From assembly GCF_002945325.1 (NCBI RefSeq), contig NZ_CP026606.1, forward strand, positions 1,530,001 to 1,562,000: 32,000 bases of DNA. The letters are read 5' to 3'. Source of the DNA: Methanococcus maripaludis (GTDB lineage Archaea; AGJL01; Methanococci; Methanococcales; Methanococcaceae). The notes under the pieces are model-generated. The model did not search any database and had not been told where the DNA came from. It worked only from the letters and a program-made list of their open reading frames with translations. This document shows, piece by piece, positions 26,465 through 32,000 of the stretch (the stretch's first letter is position 1; each line of letters starts with the position of its first letter). The translations under genes were made by a program, and so were the position numbers.

Positions 26465-29089
26465 TTATTCCTCAAGCGAAATTCCCTTTTCGTATTCAAT
26501 CATTTTGATAACCATCTGGTGGAACTCTTTTAAAAGTTGGTTTTTGTTTTCTGCAAGAACTGAATCGCTCGCAGTAAGTGTTGCGATTCCAAAGCTCATT
26601 GGAGTTGGAATTGGAACTTCGATTACATTAATTTTTAATTTTCCGTTTCTAATTTCGCCCAGAACTTCACGAATATTGTCAAGTTCAAGTGAATCTTCAA
26701 TAATTTCCCGCAGTGTTTCTTCAAGTGGCGCAAATCTGTCAAGGCTTTTTGCGTAGCTTATTAAAATATCCGCACTAACCTGCTGTTTTTTTGCAGATTT
26801 TTTATGCCCAATATAATTTCTCAAAATCATGAGGCTTCTTGTTGCATTTATCCTGAACATTCTTTTTAACAGGTTTGTTCCATCAAGAGCCTGTTTTAAT
26901 ACATCTTTTATATTTTCTGGAGTTAATGATCGAACTGCACTTTCAATATCGACTTTTTGATTTTTTGCAAATTCTAATGAAAATCCTGTATCCGAAATAC
27001 TTACCAAAACTCCAAGTTTGTACTGTTTACTCAAGGCATAAGCCACAGCTCTGCTAAATCCATCGTTAAATTTCCTTCCATAATTGCTGTGGAAATAGTA
27101 GTGCATTTTTTTGTCGAAAATATGGCCTTCTACAACCATTTTATTTAATGTGCTGACGCTATCGTTTCCTTTGTATAATATCTGTTCATTAAAAAGCCCG
27201 TAGAGACTTTTCGTAGCATTTGAATCAAGCGGATATTCATTCAAAAGGTCAAGAAGTCTACCTGCGTTGTATTTTGAAACAGCTTCTTTTTTAAAAAGAA
27301 GGATATTTCTTCCAAGGTCGTAGCTTAAAGGCAGTCTTTCGGAGTACCAGCTAGGAATATTTGGCCTTTCGCTTGTTTTATCGACATAAACTTTACTTCC
27401 ACGCCGGTATTGAAATTTAAGATGTTCTCCACCAAGTGTAAATACATCGCCCTTTTCAAGCCGGTCTAAATACTGCTCATCAAGTTTTCCAATCCAAATC
27501 GTGGTCCCCCTAAGATAAACGTCACAACTGAAATCGTCCGGAATTGTACCAATATTCATGTAATAAATTGCTCTTGCAGTTTTTCCGGTTTTTCCAATCA
27601 TTTGAGTGTCTGGGTCGTACCATATTTTTGAATATATCCTTTTTTCATCCATTCCTGCGTATGATGCAGTCATGTAATTTAAAAGGATTTTAAACTCCTC
27701 ATCAGTAATATCGTGGTAATTATAGCTTCTTCTAACAATATTTTTTACTCTTTCAAGTTCAATATATCCGTTAATCGCAATCCCATAAATATGCTGTATC
27801 AAAACGTCAAGCGGGCCTTTTGGAATGTGTACTTTATCGATAAATCCATCCATCGCTTTTTTTAGCATTACGGCACATTCTAAAAGTTCATCTCGGTCAA
27901 GTGCAATTATTCTGCCCTTTGCAACTTTTCCAATTCCGTGTCCTGCCCGCCCAATTCTTTGAAGCATTGTTTTAACACTTTTTGGGCTTCCAATCTGTAC
28001 AACGAGGTCGATATATGGCATATCAATTCCAAGTTCAAGACTGCTGCTAGTTGTAGCAAATTTAAGATTTCCGCTTTTTAACTTTTCTTCGAGTTCAAGC
28101 CTTTTTTCTTTGGATAAACTTCCGTGATGGCATCCGCTATTTGTTTCATCGTACTTTTCAGGATAACGCTTTCTAAGATTGTATAATACCCTTTCAGCAC
28201 CGCCTCTTGTATTTGTAAATATGAGGGTATTTTCATGAGTCTGGATCAATCTATCGAGTTTTTCGTAGAGTTTTTCAGAAATTTCTTTTGGAGTTTTATT
28301 TATTAAATCATCAACTGGACACAGTAATTTTAAATCATAGCTTCTGACAAACCTTGTATCGACAATTTCAACGGGCCTTTTGTATCCATCGTCATAGTAT
28401 CCCCCAAGGTAATCTGCAACCATTTCTAATGGTTCAACTGTTGCACTGCATCCAATTCTTAAGAATTCCTGATTAGTAATTTCTCGAAGTCTTTCAAGGC
28501 TTATACTTAAATGAACTCCCCTTTTATTGTCTGCAAGTGCGTGGATTTCATCAATAATTACCCACTGAACTGTTTTTAATTTTTCTTTAAATTTTGGGGA
28601 ATTTAATATGATTGCAAGCGTTTCTGGAGTTGTATTTAAAATATGGGGTGTTTTTTTAAGCATTTTTGATTTTTCATAGTTTGAAGTATCCCCATGTCTT
28701 ATTGCATGTCTAATTCCAGTAATTTCATTTCCTTCTTCTTTTAAAATTTCTTTGATTTCAGTTAATGGTTCATCCAAATTTACGTGGATGTCGTTTGCAA
28801 GGCTTTTTAACGGGCTGATGTATAAGCAATAGATACTATTTTGTAGTCCTTCTTCTTTTTCAATTCTAAAAAGTTCGTTTATAATTGCAATAAAACTGCT
28901 GAGTGTTTTTCCACTTCCTGTTGGACTGCAAATTAACGTATTTCTTCCAAAATGTATCTTTGGAATTGCAAGTCTTTGAGGGGGGGTAAAATATCCATTA
29001 TTGATTGATTTATAGGCTTCAAACTTATTTAACCACCACTTTTTAACTGCAGGTTCAAATAAATCTAATATTTCCCCATCATTTTTCAA
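26465..29089 (-). CDS. lhr: Lhr-like SF2 DNA/RNA helicase
   Basis: 874 aa; [13 protein letters not shown] (Walker A), [19 protein letters not shown] (DEIH), [38 protein letters not shown] (motifs V/VI). Confidence 0.93.
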   Translation of the reverse strand: [874 protein letters not shown]

Positions 29090-29296
29090 CCCAAATGGAT
29101 ATTCTGGATTTTTTAAATTTTTTGAAGTAGTTGATTGGATAATATCACCGTAAAAATATGGTGTAAATCTGTAAATTTTTAAGTCTAATTTTTAAATTTG
29201 GAGGGTTTTAAAATTGATCTGAAAATAACTATTGACAAAAGTGTTTTGAAATATTGTTATATGTATTTTTGGATTCATTAAAAAAGTTGAATGAAA

Positions 29297-29542
29297 TCAC
29301 TGGAATTTTTCTTTTAATTTGTTTAACTGCTTTTCAAGAATATGCCTTTTCAAATTAACCTGTATTGCACCAACAGGGCATGCTGCAACGCAAATTTTAC
29401 AGTTGTGACAATCTGAAACATCAAATGCATAATATTTTCCGTCTTTATCTTTTTTATAAATTCTAGGGCCTTTTGGACACTTATCGTAACATTTACCGCA
29501 ACCAGTGCATTTTTCCTTATCAACGATAATTTCTACAGTCAT
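29297..29542 (-). CDS. 2[4Fe-4S] ferredoxin-like protein
   Basis: CTGCGKCYDKCPKGP and CHNCKICVAACPVG; ATG 29542 (MTVEIIVDKEKC) is the natural N-terminus. Confidence 0.9.
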   Translation of the reverse strand: MTVEIIVDKEKCTGCGKCYDKCPKGPRIYKKDKDGKYYAFDVSDCHNCKICVAACPVGAIQVNLKRHILEKQLNKLKEKFQ

Positions 29543-29717
29543 AACTCTCACGTTTGAAATTTTCTGAATTTTAACAGATTTAGTTCTAATTAATAATGGC
29601 ATTGAAATATATTTAACACTATCCTTCCTAAAATCGTCAAAATATCTAAAAATAGTTCAGAAAACGTCCCCCTAGGGAATATGGTTTTTTAAATTAACTT
29701 AAAAAAATGAAAAATAA

Positions 29718-30341
29718 TTATTTTATGTGTTTTTTAATTAGTTCATTCATGTTTTCCGCAGATTTTAAAATGTTTTCTGCACCAACAATTGCTGAAACAA
29801 CAGCAACACCCGATACACCGCATTTTAATACATTTTCAACGTTTGAATGATTAATGCCGCCAATTGCAACAATTGGGAGTTTGGCAATTTTTGAAATGTT
29901 TTTTAATCCATTAATTCCTAAGTCTCTTGCATCAAGTTTAGTGTTTGTCGAATAAACCGCACCAACTCCTAAATAATCAGCACCTTCTGATTCTGCAGTT
30001 TTCATCTCATCGAGGTTGTATGCGGACGCTCCAATTATTAAATTAGGTGCAATTTCTTTAATTTTTGAAACAGGCATATCATCAATTCCAACGTGGATTC
30101 CATCAGCATTTACGGCCTGTGCTACATCGAGCCTGTCGTTTACAAAAAACAAGGCATCGTATTCAGAAGTTAATTTTCTGAGTTTATTTCCAACTTCAAT
30201 CATTTTACGAGTATTTGAAGTTTTCATTCGAAGTTGGATTGAAGTAGCACCCCCTTTTAGGGATTCTTCAACAGATATAACTTCATCTGAATAATTACTG
30301 TCAGTTATTACGTAAAATTTTAATTTATCCTTAAATTTCAA
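29718..30341 (-). CDS. thiE: Thiamine-phosphate synthase
   Basis: GGATSIQLRMK, FFVNDRLDVAQAVNADGIHVGIDDMP, GVGAVYSTNTK, VAIGGINHSNV. Confidence 0.95.
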   Translation of the reverse strand: MKFKDKLKFYVITDSNYSDEVISVEESLKGGATSIQLRMKTSNTRKMIEVGNKLRKLTSEYDALFFVNDRLDVAQAVNADGIHVGIDDMPVSKIKEIAPNLIIGASAYNLDEMKTAESEGADYLGVGAVYSTNTKLDARDLGINGLKNISKIAKLPIVAIGGINHSNVENVLKCGVSGVAVVSAIVGAENILKSAENMNELIKKHIK

Positions 30342-31131
30342 ATTTATTCACCTTAGCTTTTTCTAAAACTAATTTTTCATCGATTCTGTATAGCCAGTCG
30401 TATACTTTTGCCTGAAATGTTCCTGGATACGGTGCTTCATTAAATGCCATTTCAGCAGAAATTCCGTAAACTACAAGTCCGCTTACCGCAGCTTTCAGTG
30501 GATCATCGACTGCGGAAAATGCACCAATAATTGATGTAGTTGCACAGCCAGTTCCAGTAACTTTTGAAAGCATGGAATGCCCATTTGAAATTGCATAAAT
30601 TTCTTTTCCATTGCTTACATGATCAACCGGGCCAGTTACTGCTGAAACCGTGTTGAATTCTTTTGCAGCATTTTTAGAAAGTTCGATAGCTTCGTTGTTA
30701 TCGTATGCAGCACTATCTACTCCTCTTGTTTTTCCGTGTTCCCCTAAAACTGCGGCAATTTCACCAAAATTTCCCCTTAAAACTGAAATATCTGCAAAGT
30801 CGAGTATTTTTAAAGCTGTTTTTGTTCTTAATTTGGTAGCTCCTGCACCCACTGGATCGAGAATTATTGGTTTTTTAAGGTCACTTGCAATTTTTGCAGC
30901 TTTTTCCATTGATGGAATCCAGTATTCGTCAAGAGTTCCAATGTTTACTACTAATGCGCTTGCAATTGAAACCATTTCTTCTAATTCATCTATTGCATGG
31001 GCCATTACTGGAGAAGCACCAAGTGCCAAAAGTGAATTTGCAGTAGAGTTCATTACCACGTAATTTGTAATGTTTTGAACGAGCGGGTTTGTTTCCCTTA
31101 ATTTTGTAAGATTTTTTGCTACAAAGTCCAT
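30331..31131 (-). CDS. thiM: Hydroxyethylthiazole kinase
   Basis: PLVQNITNYVVMNSTANSLLALGASPVMAHA, PIILDPVGAGAT, VTGTGCATT. ATG 31131 has ggtga RBS; overlaps thiE start by 11 nt. Confidence 0.95.
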   Translation of the reverse strand: MDFVAKNLTKLRETNPLVQNITNYVVMNSTANSLLALGASPVMAHAIDELEEMVSIASALVVNIGTLDEYWIPSMEKAAKIASDLKKPIILDPVGAGATKLRTKTALKILDFADISVLRGNFGEIAAVLGEHGKTRGVDSAAYDNNEAIELSKNAAKEFNTVSAVTGPVDHVSNGKEIYAISNGHSMLSKVTGTGCATTSIIGAFSAVDDPLKAAVSGLVVYGISAEMAFNEAPYPGTFQAKVYDWLYRIDEKLVLEKAKVNKFEI

Positions 31132-31335
31132 TTTTTCACCGATTTTCACCAAATTATCATTTAATAAAAACATCCATATATTTAAAAACATGCCGGTAAA
31201 AAAGTTTCCGAAAAAATTATAAATTTGTCAGATATCTATCATAATTATAAAGTATAACGTATATATATAGGTTGATATCAATATAAAAAACGATGAAATA
31301 AGGATGTTTTTATTATAAATAAACCGGTGAAAACA

Positions 31336-31758
31336 ATGGATGAAAAAGACATGAAAATACTCGACTTTTTAATAACTGATGGAAGAAAACCTTTTACTGA
31401 GATTGCAAAGGAATTAAAGACAAGTGAAAGTTCAGTTAGAAAAAGAGTTAAGAAAATGGAAGAAGAAGGGGTTATAAAAGGATACTCAGTAATGGTCGAC
31501 ACTCCAAAGATGGGGTACAATGTTGTTGCACAAACCGGATTTGATACAAACCCTGAAGATTTTTTAGCGGTTGCACAGGAACTCTGTAAATTTGAAGAAG
31601 TAAAAAAGGTCTTTACTTCAACAGGGGATCACATGATAATGACTGAAATCTGGGCGAAAGATGGAAAAGAACTTTCAGAAATTATATTTAATAAAATTGG
31701 AAAAATTAAGGGAATTAAAAAGGTCTGCCCAGCAATTATTTTAGAACAGTTGAAATAA
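31336..31758 (+). CDS. Lrp/AsnC-family transcriptional regulator
   Basis: [55 protein letters not shown] plus RAM-type C-terminal domain. Track GTG at 31327 is the RBS; ATG 31336 is more likely. Confidence 0.93.
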   Translation: MDEKDMKILDFLITDGRKPFTEIAKELKTSESSVRKRVKKMEEEGVIKGYSVMVDTPKMGYNVVAQTGFDTNPEDFLAVAQELCKFEEVKKVFTSTGDHMIMTEIWAKDGKELSEIIFNKIGKIKGIKKVCPAIILEQLK

Positions 31759-31806
31759 ACAACTTATTTTGATCAACTTTCACTCGCAAATTTTCAATTT
31801 GTGGTG

Positions 31807-31830
31807 CCGACAAATCTTTGATTTGTACGG
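31807..31830. repeat. Short hairpin CCG-ACAAATC-TTT-GATTTGT-A-CGG
   Basis: Perfect 7-bp arms with 3-nt loop, extended by CCG/CGG across a 1-nt bulge; located downstream of the AsnC-family gene. Confidence 0.5.
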
Positions 31831-31958
31831 TTTAAAAGGTTGAAAGTATGTCCTGCAATTATATTGGAGCAATTAAAATAATTATTTTAAAATTTTATTA
31901 ATTTTTTAAAAAATATAAAAAAAGTTTTGATCAACTGTTTAAAAAAGATTAAAAGAAT

Positions 31959-32000
31959 TATTTAAAGTATCTATCTAAAATTCCTTTTAACATTTTAGCG
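31959..32000 (-). CDS. Possible C-terminal end of a minus-strand CDS running off the right edge
   Basis: Minus frame reads ..AKMLKGILDRYFK* with stop at 31961..31959; too short for assignment. Confidence 0.3.

Noticed and set aside
29297-29602. Track N-terminal extension of the ferredoxin (MPLLIRTKSVKIQKISNVRV...)
   Set aside because: The conserved protein begins at MTVEIIVDKEKC (29542); similar over-extensions occur at copZ, thiM, fprA, purF and the Lrp/AsnC gene where GTG or TTG in or near the RBS was called as start.
30650-31063. 137-aa plus-strand ORF inside thiM
   Set aside because: Antisense to conserved ThiM motifs; no independent support.
31132-31335. TPP riboswitch upstream of thiM-thiE
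   Set aside because: The gap is mostly AT-rich with no recognisable CUGAGA core or expected length of leader before the ATG at 31131.
1-32000. CRISPR arrays, transposons/IS elements, phage genes, rRNA and tRNA genes
   Set aside because: No regularly spaced repeats, transposase or integrase-like ORFs, terminal repeats, or tRNA TPsiC-like segments seen in the intergenic gaps by eye. A tRNAscan-SE and CRISPR-finder run would confirm.

Overview
AT-rich archaeal chromosome segment with strong Methanococcus maripaludis-like gene content (organism call is inference from gene content and protein recall, not a search). It reads as core and near-core genome. I see no phage, transposon, CRISPR array, rRNA or tRNA. 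Main blocks, left to right: (a) iron/cobalamin-type ABC substrate-binding lipoprotein (partial) and an O-methyltransferase-like protein; (b) peroxiredoxin, ZIP transporter and a ferritin-like/Dps-like protein; (c) archaetidylserine synthase-like protein and GT2 glycosyltransferase; (d) tightly packed Isf-AfpA-SufC-SufB operon; (e) CopZ-like chaperone and CopA Cu+ P-type ATPase; (f) a ten-gene co-directional array hdrC-hdrB-CMD-superoxide reductase-MTH865-like-ferritin-rubredoxin-like-DsrE-like-fprA-cutA; (g) divergent orphan [NiFe]-hydrogenase large subunit (EhbN-like); (h) CBS protein, a corrinoid protein split by an apparent 1-nt frameshift, and an MtaA/MtbA-type methyltransferase; (i) LeuC-type dehydratase large subunit, Lsm, L37e, PurF, MinD; (j) UppP, TPR lipoprotein, metallophosphoesterase and Lhr-type helicase; (k) ferredoxin, ThiE, ThiM and an Lrp/AsnC regulator. 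The best leads are the HdrBC-containing oxygen/iron/redox array, the flavoprotein-Suf operon, and the frameshifted orphan corrinoid methyltransferase module. I found no clearly new defence or mobile system. All family calls are made by eye from motifs.
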